Assembly (NCBI RefSeq): GCF_002571385.2
Contig: NW_019218225.1
Coordinates: 52,384 to 116,383 of the forward strand
Direction of reading: 5' to 3'
Length of the DNA: 64,000 nucleotides
Source of the DNA: Stylophora pistillata
Taxonomy: Eukaryota
A program made the position numbers and the translations under genes. The notes below the pieces were generated by a model. That model searched no databases. It was not told where the DNA came from and saw only the letters and a list, made by a program, of their open reading frames with translations. Of the stretch, positions 35,701-48,861 are shown piece after piece; the first letter of the stretch is position 1, and each line of letters opens with the position of its first letter.

Positions 35701-38193
35701 GTGGTTTTCATTACAGCCCAGATAAATAACAGGATGACCTGTAGAAATAAGGATCATCATAATCATCATTATCAAGTTGTTTACCTCCATCTTTACCAAT
35801 ATCATTAGTTTGTTTTAACATTTGCGCCTCTTTGAGAGTTTTACAGCATGGAACATTGCGCATTTAATTTGAAAATAACAAAGCCCCATAGATATAATTT
35901 ACCAAAACCAATATTTGAAAAAATATTGGAAACACAACATTTAAAAAAATAGGTTGAGGGGTCAAGAGAGTTAACTTGTTTGACCGAAAAATTCTGGCGG
36001 AGTTCTGTAACAATAGTCGAGTAATCAATACAGCTGCATTTAGCATGAGGCATTTCAAAGAAGTTTAGACTCGACTTAGTGATATATTTTATGGATAAAT
36101 GTAAATGAACGCACTCGCGCTATTTTTTTTATCTTACGTTGTCTCCCTTTGTCAAATTAGAGCCTGAATCTTAACACCAAGATAGCTGCTGCAAACGGAA
36201 AACTCTTTCATGCGAAACAAGTGTTTGCTCATTCTATCCGGTTTCTGAAAGAACAAGCGCTCAACATCATTCGGCAAGAGACAAGAGATGATGGATATAA
36301 AATGGGGGATATCCAGTGGGTTCTGACCGTACCAGCCATATGGACTCCGAGGGCGAAGCAGTTTATGCGTCAAGCAGCCTATGAAGTGAGCAATATAATG
36401 AGATTTCATATCTGTTTTCTTGGCGAGTGAAGAATTGGGTACGAATTTTCGATTGTGTTGAATTTGTCCGGCTGTCATCATTTCAAGGACGAATGATTAG
36501 TCTGTGTCACTTACTTTTTTATAGGCTGGCCTTGGGTCATCTGAAAATCCAGAGCAGTTGATAATCGCTTTAGAACCTGAAGCTGCGGCACTGTTCTGCA
36601 CAGAAAAATACCTGGAGAGGATGGGGGTTGTGTCGTTTGAAGGGCAGCTCTCCCAGCCCAATGTACACTATATGGTTGTCGACATTGGAGGTGAGACTTT
36701 CTCTGAACAAGGATTTTTATATTCTGCGTCATAATTAATATTCCTGAGAAACCTTTTTAAATTAATTGTTTCGTCGAGTTAAAGAAATGCAGAAGTACTT
36801 CTAAGAGCTAAGAACATCAATGGGTGGAATAACTTACAAGAAGTAGCCCCTTGGCTAGATAAATATTCCCAGCGACACTGCCTCTTCGCAAAAAAAGAAA
36901 TACTTTTATACTGAGCAAGGAGTAGTTTCACAAACGAGCCATCAGTTTCACCTTGAAAGATTATCTGAACTGCAGGGAAACGGGACTTTGCGTCTTAAAG
37001 TCGACAAGATTATAATTACAAGAAAAGTGAAATCTGCTCATGGTTGTGGCATCAAATTTTACTATATCTCTTTTAAGGTAATAAATCCTATTCAATAAAG
37101 ATTTAGATGTATTCCGTAAAACTCTTAACTCCTTTTAGGTGGTACTCTTGATGTGACAGCGCATGAAAAACAAATTGATGGTACCATCAAGGAGATCTAC
37201 AAAGTAACGGGTGGACCTTATGGGGGCGTGAAGGTGAATGAGCAGTTTAAGAGCCTTTTGGACCAAATATTTGGTCAGCAGAAAATGTATGATTATCGCC
37301 AACAATTCCCTTCTGATTGGCTAAAGCTCATGAGCGATTTTGAAATAAAGAAGCGCGGAGTCCGGGTCGTTCAGCAGAAAGAGACAAGAATCCGCCTGCC
37401 ACGCAGTTTTGTCTCCTGGGTCAATGACGCTGTTACAGTGGCTCTAAAACGCTATGCAAATGGTGAAATCAGAATCCTCAACAATGAGTACCTTTGCTTG
37501 AGTTCTAGAGTTATGGTGAGGCAGTTTCAGCCAGTGTTGGAAGCCATGAAGGATCACTTAAGGTTGCTCCTCACCGAGCCACGGCTTTCGAAAGTCTCTG
37601 TGATGCTACTAGTTGGAGGATTCGCGAATTCTCTGATCCTGCAGGATGAAATCACGACAGAGTTTTCCAGAAGGTGTAGTGTAGTCATTCCTAATGATAC
37701 CAGTGCGGCTGTTGTCCAAGGTGCTGTCTTATTTGGCAAGAATCCAGGCAGAATAATCCAGAGAGTCGTCTGCAAGACGTACGGAGCAGACTGCTGCCGA
37801 GAGTTTGTCCGCGACGTTCACCCAGATGGAAAGAAGTTTGTCGCAAATGGCGTGGAGATGTGTAGTGATTTGCTCAACTGCTTTGTCAAGGAAAATGAAG
37901 TCGTTAGACTTGGACAACAAGTAAAAAGTATCTATCGACCATTGTATCCAGACGAAAAGCTGGTCAAATACTCCTTCTACGCTGCAGACAACCCCAATGC
38001 CCTTCTCGTCACCGAAGCTGGAGTAAAAAGGATTGGAAGCGTTGTGGTTGAGTCTCCTGAGACGTGGAGAGGTTTGGAGAGAGAACTGGAAGTCAGTCTG
38101 TATTTTGGAGGAACAGAAATAACCGCAACAGCTCGAGACATTTCTAGTGGCAACACGGCGCAAACTACTCTAGACTTTTTTCACACCAAGTAA
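32736..38193 (+). CDS. HSPA12: Heat shock 70 kDa protein 12-like, copy 3, ~594 aa
   Basis: Exons 32736-32754 (Kozak GCCATGG), 35023-35342, 36161-36385, 36525-36690 and 37139-38193. Intron positions and motifs match copies 1 and 2. Confidence 0.92.
34400..34590 (-). mobile_element. LINE (L2/CR1-like) 3' remnant
   Basis: The minus strand encodes AGQRNFRCRALTVWNNLP, the typical LINE ORF2 C-terminal WNxLP motif. Confidence 0.55.
35440..35530. repeat. Degenerate (TCA/TCG/TTA)n trinucleotide repeat
   Basis: Run of tcattatc/tcatcgtcgtca triplets in intron 2 of copy 3. Confidence 0.6.
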
Positions 38194-38897
38194 TGGTTAG
38201 ACGGAACGTGTGGAACATTATTCTTACGTTAGATGTCTTGTGTCATATAACCATGAAATTAAAGGGAAAAATATGATCTAGAAAGCATAAAAACTTTGTG
38301 CAGCCTTAAACCTAGAAATAATAGACCGTTGTATGGCAAATATCGTAAAATGGAAGAAAATAAAGTCAGTTATGGATTTGCACGAAAAAAATAAAAATAA
38401 AAGTGGAATGGAGTATCAAAGAATGAATAGTAAATTTATTCATAAACTGAATATATTCTAAAAATACTGAAACAACTTATTTATAGGCTCCGTCTTAAGA
38501 CTAATAGTTTATCCTTCCTAGAAATGTCAGGTCTTCCTCTTCTCGGGTGAGTGACTGATGAAAACTGCCGGGAGACTAGAGTGAATTTAGACATCGCAAA
38601 TTTTGCAATGCCTTACATGATCAAAATAACGCGGTCGGAAAAGAAAAATTTGCTGATCGCACCAGACATTTTGTGTGATTCAATGGCCACTACTTATACC
38701 TACGTCTACAAAGATATCCTGCTTTGGTGCCTTCGAAAAAGATAATTGTAAGAAAAAGTTTCAAATTATGTTTAGTCGTTTCTATTCACATCTTACTGAA
38801 CAAAAAAGTCATTAATTCTTCTGGACAAAACTTGACACCGACAACTGACAATCACAGCATGCACAATGAGGTAGATATTCTGTACAGCAAATCTATT

Positions 38898-41800
38898 TTA
38901 TGTGGAACTGTCAGAATGTTTATTTAGCCAGGTTTCTACTTTATTTGTTGGAGACTGTTCAATCGCAGGAGGATACCAGGTGATGGCCGGGAGGGCCTGA
39001 GTTGAGGGTCCTCGTTTACGGCAGTAAATATTTGTCTTGTGAATTTTCCTCTCTGCCGTCTGCGAAGAAAGGAAATATTTGTCAGTGAATAGGCATTTCT
39101 TCATTTATCTTTCTCTGACGATATTACACGGGAGATCTGTTCTGTTATTCATGCGCGTGACAGCACACCGGTGATTATCAAAATGGGAGCTCAAGCAGTA
39201 TAAAACCTATGAGACTTTGTGACATTTTCACTAATCAACTGCAACTATTGTATTTATCATTGTTACTCGTGGAAGAAAGGAGAATAAACGAGGAACTTCT
39301 AAGTTTTACTGCAAAAATCTCATCATCTAAGAGGCTATGTACAGCAGGAGTTTATGGCGTGACTTATACGTCTATAAAGCCTGAATTATCTTCATTTGGA
39401 TGTCATGAATGCTAAGAGACAAACAGATATGTGCTAAGGGGGATACAAGAAAGAGAGCAAGGGAATGTAACCCATGATAATAAGACAACATGGCTTGAGA
39501 ATGGAAAGCAGGACAGTAATTCGGAGAAGTCGAATTTCCCTCCATCAAGGCTTAACACTGAAAAACCTATACAAATTACACAAAGAGAACTAGTGGACAG
39601 TTATCAAGTACACTGTACATACTTTGATTCGGGAAGATAGATCGTGGCACTCTCTAACAGTTTCATCTATCTCGCGTTGCAGTTTTATGAAACGTTTCTT
39701 TTCCTTCTTTTGTTCTTGGACAATTCTTTGGTCATCCAGTTCGAATTTCGTTTGTAATTCCTAAGTAAAAGCCGAACAATGAAATAACAAGATATTTCTC
39801 ACGTGTATAATTGAATAATTTAAAGGTTATAGCTGAAGATGTTCAAGTAGAATCTGTACATAGCACACATGCGCGGTCTGTTACCAATTACATTCCTCTC
39901 ACCTTCAGCCTTTCATCCTTCAGTTCCAGTTCCCTGTCGGCTTTTTCTATCTTCTGCTCCAATTCTTTTATGCTTGGGAGTTTTGAGTCAAGTTGTAGGA
40001 GATTCTCATATCTTTTGCTTTCGTTCTCAAGCCATACAACTTTTTTTGTTTTCTTTCTATTGTTAGAGGAAAGCATTTAGTTAGTGTTTTCCTTATTCAA
40101 AATACCTTATTCTCTGATAAATAAATATTACAACAAATTTCTTTTTTTTCTCTCTGAAAATTAAATTGTCTCCCTTGTTTAATAAATTGTGATCATATGA
40201 TTTTTTGTGAGGTTACCATAGCAAACTACTCGTCTTCTCAGAAAAGCCATCAATGTACGATTTAGGAGCCTTTGATTCATAAGCGTTTGTATCCACTTGT
40301 TATCATCAATTGGCAATCAGCATATCAAAATTCAAACCAGCAGATGAATAACGCCAAAGATCGTTACAAGTGCACAGCTACTGGAGAAACTAAAGGAAAA
40401 AAAGCCTAAAAGGTTTAGTCATCGAACGGTACCTGCACCCGTGTACTCAAATATCACTTTGGATCTGTTTCCAACTGAGTTGCGAAGCCACACGTTTGAC
40501 CGAGGCAAATTTTTGAGTTCTTCGTTTTCCGTTAATAAATATAATTCATTTTATCATCAAAACTTTAAGGTGACTCTGAACCTACTCTACAGATGTCTAA
40601 ACTTTGCAGAGAGGTAAATGTTGATAAGCTTACTGCAAAGTAAGTAAGTAAGTAAAGTAATTAATTTTCTATGCTGGGAAAAAGTCCGGAATGGAAATTG
40701 TAGTTATGAAAATCCGTTGAACAATGGGTGATTTTAAAACTCATTTAGCTCCAAATATGCCCAGAAAAATAGCATTGGAGATGATACCTACCAATCCCCT
40801 AAGTGAGCGTTTGATTTCACATTAATAATTGCCCATATCTTTAATAAATGTTGGCTATGTGGTATTCTAAATAATATTTGATAGCCAAAAAGTTTTGAGT
40901 AAAGGTCGCCAAGCAGTGTTGTGGGGTACTAATCAAAATCAATAAACGCAGAAGAAGAATTCAGAATTCCATCAGAGTTATAAGAGTATGTTTTAGTTAA
41001 ACGATCTTATTGAGTTCACAATTTTTAATAGTGAGATTCCCTTTAAGTAGAGGTATACCTCTTACAGAAGTGTACTTTTATGTCTTGCTCTGCTATATTC
41101 ATGAAACAATTCGACTCCATGTGCGCATTAATGCCGTGGTATGCGCAGTAGACGCCATGATCACTAAAATCACTAAAATCACTAAAATTTCTGTCCTTGG
41201 TTTTAGCCTAAACTGTTTTATACTAAATAATTTGATTTTTTGGGTTTTATGAACTCAGTTCATAAAACCAAATTACCTTGTTATTCCCCCAACCGACGTA
41301 GCACCACAGTTTCTTCATAAACTTACCCCCTCTATGTTTTATGGTGGGGCCTCGATATGACATTGAGGCCAAAGCCTCACTGTAAGTATTTTACTGCTCA
41401 CCTAACACTAGCGTCAGCATCAACACGATGCTCCTCGCTGAATCTCACATCTTTACGAAATCCCTTCAGGGACAGATTTGCCATATCTACAAAGTCATGT
41501 CTATCGTGAATTTCCCTGTTTTGAGATCGTTGAAGTCGTTTCAGTGCCCTGTTCTCGTGACGCAGGTTGTCCACTGTTTCACTCAGGTTTTTGGCTTCAA
41601 ACTCCATGCTCTTCGCTTTGTGTTGCGTTCTCACTGCGATTTCATAAAGCAGTCGATCCATTGCTGTTTGGTGCACGGTTTTCTTTTTCCTTTGTGTTAA
41701 TAATCTAGAGACGCCTTTTTGCGTTGACTTTGCTCTTCCACCTTAAAAAAGAGTTTTGAAAAATCAAATCAATGAAACCATACATATTTCTTTTCTGAAG

Positions 41801-44223
41801 GAATCTGCTTCACCTCTGTGGGTGGATATAGGAATTGTATTTATTATTTATTTCCTTTGACCTGATAAAGCAGAAAAAAATTTCTTTTCTTTCAACTTAA
41901 ATCAGGATTTAATGCATGAAGCCAAGAAATCTTCAAACTTGACCTTCTGGAACTAGTCGGCCACTCAGCCCTTGCGCACTGATTTTGTCCGGCGAAAAAC
42001 ATCAAGGAATCGAGGAAAATAAGGATTTATGTCGAGTTTTTTGCGGAAACTGAATTCGGGAATGCTTGGCATGTTTTATCTTTAATTTAGAGGGAAGAAG
42101 TGTTTAAACTTACAATATATTTCGAATACGTAACTGGGAAAATTTTGTTTATTGCTTAATTACGATTATAAATGATGATTCTAAGAAAACTATCAACTCC
42201 CATAATTTTTTCGGTCAGGTTTCTGAATTCATCTCGTAATATTAACTTCTTACTAACCGAGTGTGAAGGCCCAACTGGCAAACATGGGCCCGAAGGTTGT
42301 GGCAGTGCGAACCGAGCGTAGCGGGGATCTGTAGGAAAACGACCAGGTATTTCCCAGTACGGCTCGAGCAAGCGAGGTTAGTAAGTAGTAAATGATATGG
42401 CACTCGGACCAAACTTGTTTATTTTTAATTTTCCCGCTCTTACGACCAAAAGTATACGGCTTAGAACCAATGAAAATGCTCGGATTTAGCTCAAGACTAC
42501 CTTGTCATATAATAAAGTGTAATATATTTAGCGTGCGCGCAGATGACCAAACTGATAAAATATTAATAAGGTAAGAAATGGAAACAAAACCAAAACAAGA
42601 GAGTTTACTTTGTGGATTAAGAGGAAAGGAAAACAGATTTTATTCAATTTTGTATTTTCTTTATTAGACATCTCGCTCGGCGTTTTCTTCGATATCGAGT
42701 TGTTACTCCAAATAAGAATGAAAACGATATCAAAACTTGTAGCGATTTTCCTTTTCATATCTAGACTCTAACATATCAGTTACCATGGAATCAAAATACC
42801 GGCATTATACCGCAAAAAGAGATATCTTTGACACATTTTTCTCGTGGAATTAAAAGTTTCTCGATTACTTCCTCGGCAAATTCGATTCAAATTGAAAATA
42901 CTCTTTATCAAAATTTTTGAAATTGTATTAAATTCGACAGACAAACCCTAAGTGATGTCTTTATTCAAACCGAACAAACCAATTTTACCTCAACTTAAGA
43001 CGAAGCATGGCTTATAAAATTGTCCTACCTTGTACAATCTGCCTCAATCGATGACTACAATTCTCTGAAAGGAACACTTTTTTTTTTCCACCATCGTTTT
43101 GACTGGAAGAAACATGTCTCCCTTTTACTGAATATTAGGAAGGTAATTAGAATAATTGAACCCGCGCTCTGATTAAACTCGGTTGTAGTTGGTTAAATAT
43201 TAAGCAAGAGATTTCAAAAACAAAATCATTGAAACAATGCGATTTTCAATGTTTGAAATAATCTTTCTCTGTTGCATGTTAAATAATTAAAAACAAAACT
43301 CAATAAGAATAACAAGCGCGTTACAATGACTTATCGCGGGGAGTTTCTTTCTCTATGTCATTTACACATTTTTCCATAACCCAAAATAACTTTTTTCGAA
43401 CAACTTTCATAAAAACTATCTGAATTTAAGGAAAATAATATCCTATCAAGACCATTATGACTTTTTGATTGAAAATACTTTATTTTTAAGTCTGATTTTA
43501 TCAAACTTTTTTTGTTTTCATGAAATCCTCCAGCTGCTTCTAGAGAATAGCAGAAATTCAAAGTAATATTCTATGCTTCAATTGTAACATAAACAATTCA
43601 GTTCCATATCAACAGCTGCTTTACTGAAGGGATAATTTTAAAGACTTTTCTAGTGCGCTAACAAAAGTGTTTCGAAATACACTGTGAAAAAAAAACTTAA
43701 AAGATATAAGGCGGGATACTTGCAACAATTTGGCTCTGTCGAATCATCTTAGAGTAACAAAGTAGTTTGAATTAATGATCCTCGAAAAAATTTAAACGGT
43801 TTGGATTATATAATCTATATATAGAGTAACAAAGTAGTTTGAGTGATCCTCAAAAAAAATTTAAACGGTTCGGATTATATAATCTATATATAGATTTCAG
43901 CAACGAAATGATTAATACTTGACCGTGGACTGGCGCCTTTTAAATGAATCTCACGAGGACATATTCAAAATTCGAGCCACAGGTACGCATTTGATTTGCA
44001 CAAAAAATGCTATTTTCATAGCAGAGATACCTGAACAGTGTTAAGAAAATAATTAAGAGTTAACAGGAAACATTAAGAAGTTTCCTCCGAAAAAAATTTT
44101 TTAAAGGCTACAGGATTTACCCTTCGTTGTTGGTCGTGAATCATACGTGTCCAGCGTGGTTGCACGTTGGTGTTTTTCGCTCTCGTCGGAAGAACTGCTA
44201 AGCGAGCTAATGTCGCTGTACAT
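38898..44223 (-). CDS. Lebercilin (LCA5/LCA5L)-like coiled-coil protein; 5' end uncertain
   Basis: Exons 44223(ATG, tentative)-44121, 41741-41402, 40056-39903, 39760-39623 and 39059-38898 join in frame. Lebercilin-like motifs are ENRALKRLQRSQNREI and ERKIHKTNIY. Confidence 0.7.
42240..42515. repeat. Hairpin-headed interspersed repeat
   Basis: CTTACTAACC...GGTTAGTAAG inverted ends enclose a GC-rich hairpin, followed by a CCAAT motif and a TATAATAAA end. A related copy lies at ~17330-17590. Confidence 0.5.
43750..43894 (+). repeat. Tandem duplication, ~70-bp unit x2
   Basis: TAGAGTAACAAAGTAGTTTGA...GGATTATATAATCTATATA occurs twice with few differences. Confidence 0.85.
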
Positions 44224-47200
44224 TTCTTCTACAACTTCCAAAAAAGACGTCTTTCATATATCGTTACGTCGGCAGATTGCAGTCACGGTAATAGAGCGCT
44301 GCACTGTTCTACATTCATGTGCATATATCGTCGTTATCAGAGGTAGGCCGGTGATGGTTCTTCTAAAGAGATGTTCTACTGTTCGAGAGAGTTGTTTGGA
44401 GGTATCGTTATTCCGTATGTAAGCAGCAGGGCTCCTTTGATTGGCTGGCGTAGAAAGTTTTTTTTACTACTCCTGCTGTTAAAATAACCACTTAATAGCT
44501 CATACATAAACGATTTGCTCGCAGCCTCCATCAATTTTAATTGCTTATTTAAGTAACTGTATCTTAGGTTTTCACTGATTTAAGTTACCGTCTACTTTTT
44601 CATGTTCTTGTGCAGCAAAAAAATCTTGACGTTGCAGCTGACTTTGTCATAGGGCATTTGCACTTTTTCCTGTCATTTCCCATCATTTTTTGAAAATGAT
44701 CGTGGATAATCATATATATTCGATACCCCGGCACTAATTCAAAATTTACACTAATCAAGTATTGAGGGTTTGTGACGAAGATCAACAACATTTAAAAAAA
44801 AAAAAAAAGACGGTTTAGGCGAAGAAGTAACCAAGACAATGACTTCTTTTTAAAAAAAAAAAAAAGAAGGTAAAGACCAACGATGTAATCTGACTCTAAA
44901 AAGTACCATAAGTTTAGATGAACTACTATTAACAAACCTGGTTTCTTGTTTGGTAAGCCCATAGTTAGGTCCCCTCTACTAAATATGGTAAGCCACAAGT
45001 TTGTTTATCTACTAAGGTGAAAGTAGACTTTTACTGCTGAATTTTTCAGTTGAGGAGGTTGTAGATCTGTTTTTTCCATCACTGCTTGGGCTTTTGTCTG
45101 GGTGGCAATAATAAACTGAACACTCTGTGTCAGAGGGCTGATTCAGCATGTTCGAACAGTTTGTAAACTGGCCTAAAAAAGATAATATCAGAAAGACATA
45201 AAATAGGGAAGTCCAATAGCAAATTTGCACGATATGTTGTCGAGGGGTTGCCTTATAGGATATGGTTTGTTCGAATTTTTTGATCAGGAAAATAAAGTTC
45301 TCTGATCTAGGTGAGGATCTACCTTATTGCTACTTTAAGACGAAAACATTATTTCTTTTTCGTATCAATCAGTTATTTCCTGTCTTAAACGTAAGATCAC
45401 AGCTCACTCAACATCCTAAATGGAGATAAAATTTGAGATTTCCTATCCAAGCGAGAATCGAAGATAAGCATCCACGCCGTTCTCACACGGGAGGTGCTTC
45501 TTCTCTTAGCATAAATCAAGTGGGCAAAAATGCATTTTCTCCGACAAAGTTACCCACGACAACGGACTATGGTCCAATCAGACGCCCGCCAGGTTATTCT
45601 GATAATTGGGCCTCTTTAACACCTCTCTGAAATTAAAATAAAAAAGAAAGGAAAAAATGCGGAAGCGAATGGAAATCAAACGCAACGTCAGGTTAAGTTA
45701 CTTACCCTCTTCTTCCTTCAAGGAGGGCTCCGAAGTAATATTAGCTGATGCTCCAACACTTTCGATTTCGCAGTCACCTTCACTGTGAAAATTATTTTCA
45801 GAAGCTTCCTTTTCTGAAACGCAACGGGCATCATTGTTTAGTCTGATTAATCCCGTTTCATTGGAACCTCTTCTGGCAATGGTGCTTATTTGTTTGCGAT
45901 CTGAGCCATTATCCTGGATTGATAGCTACCGAGCGTCCTATGGAATCCTGGGATTAGCAACATCGTATCTGTACAGTATGGAGAAGTCAGAAAGATAATG
46001 ACCGAGCTCTAACTTTTAGCATTCTCCTAACTGAACTCTGCCTGAACGCAGTTGTACAACTAATGACTTTCTCTCGTTAATTCTAAAATCCTTTACGACA
46101 ATTCCAATAAATGAAATAAAAGGTTAACTCTGATAATGGAGACTTCTACAAATCGTGTTCAGATGTAAACTCAGTTTCTCTGACCTTAGTGAGTATTCAT
46201 TTTTTGAGTACTATTTGTCAAATGTCCCATAATTCTTTAAGAGTATCTCGATTCTTGCTCTATTTACACCAACAAAACACTGATGTCAACTCAAACCTTT
46301 CAAATGAATGAAAATCATAAACAGAGAGCTGAAAGACTTAGTTTTCCATAGAATTCCACCAATCGCTAACTTGTATTTTCAATGTGTTCAATTTGAAGTA
46401 GAAAACTGGCGTCAGTTTGAGCAACTCCTATGAATAAAACAAATTTAAACCGTGTTTAACAAAATAACTTTAAAAAAAGTTAAAGTTTTGGTGTAAATGG
46501 GGTATAAGTAGACATCTGGTGTACACTTACATAATATACAACTGAATGCATGTTTATATGTAGAACCGGCTCAATAGATTATAAACTCGTAGCCCTTAAG
46601 AAATTGTTACGCTACAAATCTTTGCAATTTGAATTTTCTGTACAGTACTTTTGATCTCCAGCAATCCAGAAAGCGGTATTTTAGAAATATTTGAGATACA
46701 ACTTTTAAAGAGTGCCCTCTTCCCTTGTGAAATTATGTTTTAAAAAACAGAAAGTTCGCTGTCGAATGAATTACACTTTACCTTGCTAATCTTGTTACAC
46801 TCAGTGTTGTTTCAATTTCTTAGGGAATATTTCACATGTTTTAGAGTATTTTGAAAACATCTTCGATTTTTCATGTTTCTGAAACTCAGTAGTACTACAC
46901 GATTACAACTGTTGTCAACCGAAGATCTTAACACTGATAACGTTCCTTGTCAAATCTTGTTTGTTTCGTTATCCTTTCTGAGAAAATCCTTTTGTCCACT
47001 AAACGTTTCTGAACAAATATTTACATCAAACGTTTATGAATAAATGTTCACCATCTTCTTATTTTAACCTATTGGAATAACTTACCAATTTCCATAATTA
47101 GATCTCTCTATATTTTTATCACAAGCTGAAGTATGAGTTCCTTCGAATCGACCAAATCAGGTTAAAAATATTTTGGTTTGAATAATTATTGGTCAGGTGA

Positions 47201-47659
47201 ATTTTCATTTTGTTGTAATTTAATCACTAATTGCGGAAGGTGGTAATTACTTGATAATCTTTGGAAACAACTGAAAGTCTGACATATTCTTTTGTTTCAA
47301 TTTCGATTCAGAATTTGATTTAAAAAAAGCGACCACCTGAGGCAATTTGAGCGCGTTTGATGGCTTGAAGGATCCCAGGGCGGAAACCAAACTCAGAACG
47401 GTTGCCGGTCAGTGTGGGGGAAAATTAGGTTAAATAGATAGAGAATGTAGTGGAGAATTTTACAAAGATGAACAAAGTTCATCAATTACGCAATATGTTT
47501 ATTTCTATTTTTCTCAAGTCAAGCTAGAAGTGGAATAAATATTAAAGAAGTCCTGCGGTAAACCCGAGTGTTCTGAATGGTTCTTGCTTCGTTCGAATTT
47601 TGCCAGAAGGACTTTTTCCGTGGAAACGGTCATAAGAGTAGTTTACAAAAAACCATTTC

Positions 47660-48130
47660 AGAATAAAAACTAGCGATAAAAAACGTCACTTAGGACTGTC
47701 CATGTTTCTCTTTCATGTGATTACCGATTAAAGGCGATCCTTCGTGTTCCTCAACGAGCTGATAGAGGTGTCAGCACTGTACCCGACATAGTTTGCATCG
47801 CACATCGCGTTGCTGCTTAATAATAAGCGGCCTCTTTTCTTTTGGTTTGATCTCGTGTCTAATCTTCCGGCTTGTATAGAAAGAGCGAATATCAATTCCA
47901 ATTTTGCGGCTTAGTTTCTCAAGTTGCCTTCGCACTGAATTGGCCGATGTCTGATCAGTTGAATGGTAACACTATTCTGACAGTAGCCTCATTTACGTTA
48001 CATGCTGGTGTGGAAACTGGATCGCCAGAAACTTTCTTGCTGAAAAAAATACTGATAGTCGATTTCAGCAGTTGGACAGGGTACTGGACTGTGTAGAAAT
48101 GGTACGGCATTTCCAGTGGAAGTTTTTTAA
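47660..48130 (-). mobile_element. Degenerate Penelope-like element (RT-to-GIY-YIG linker and endonuclease)
   Basis: Frameshifted minus-strand peptides VRIVLPF, TSANSVRRQL..LSRKIGIDI..YTSRKI..EIKPKEK, CDANYVGY and IGNHMKEKH. Confidence 0.7.
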
Positions 48131-48763
48131 GCAATATTATAGGCAATTATATTAAAACCCATCCATTAATTTTCGCGCGATTCAGTATTAGCTACTTTAC
48201 GTCACATGGTGCAAATTCACCGGACAGTTATCACGCAATAACCCCCGTTTACGTCCGTATATTTCCACATATTATTTACGGCGAAGAGAAACAAAGGCAG
48301 TGGAAAGAAAATTGAGCTTTAGTGTTTCATTTCTCCATCTTTGTACTTTACGTGGAAGAAAAACAAACTTCTGTTATTAGAGAACAAGAAAACTAAACTA
48401 ACCAGAAAAGGATGCAACTTTTTGGAGCCGACATTATTGCTAGTGCAGCGTAAGAATTGACAAAATATTAAATTTCGTAATCTTTTCACAAATCCTTTTA
48501 TCAGCATTGCGCTTTTTTTCTAAACAGCTCCGGCATGTGTTCATTAAATTAGACAGCGTCTATAAGAAATTAGACATGATTTAATTTTGTCTGTAGGTAC
48601 CAAATCGAATGCTGAGCTTAAAGATTTTAGACTGTGCTGGAAAAAATGAAAGTCACAAAGCCATTACGGAGATACTCAATACTGTAAAGATTACAAAAAG
48701 GTTTGCATGTGCCAACGAAGAACGCGAAGGGCATTTTGGAAATTTGAGTTAGCGTATGTGCAT

Positions 48764-48861
48764 TAGTCTCCCTTGCAGCCCTTTCCGGCGTCGTCACGCA
48801 AGCGAAAACTCCCCCACAGTCGCTTGCGTGACGACGCCGGAAAGGGCTGCAAGGGAGACTT
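48764..48861. mobile_element. Short palindromic MITE (hAT- or Academ-like)
   Basis: ~41-bp perfect inverted arms starting TAGTCTCCCTTGCAGCC. Flanked by the direct repeat ATGTGCAT at 48756-48763 and 48862-48869 (9 bp if the adjacent T is included). Confidence 0.8.
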
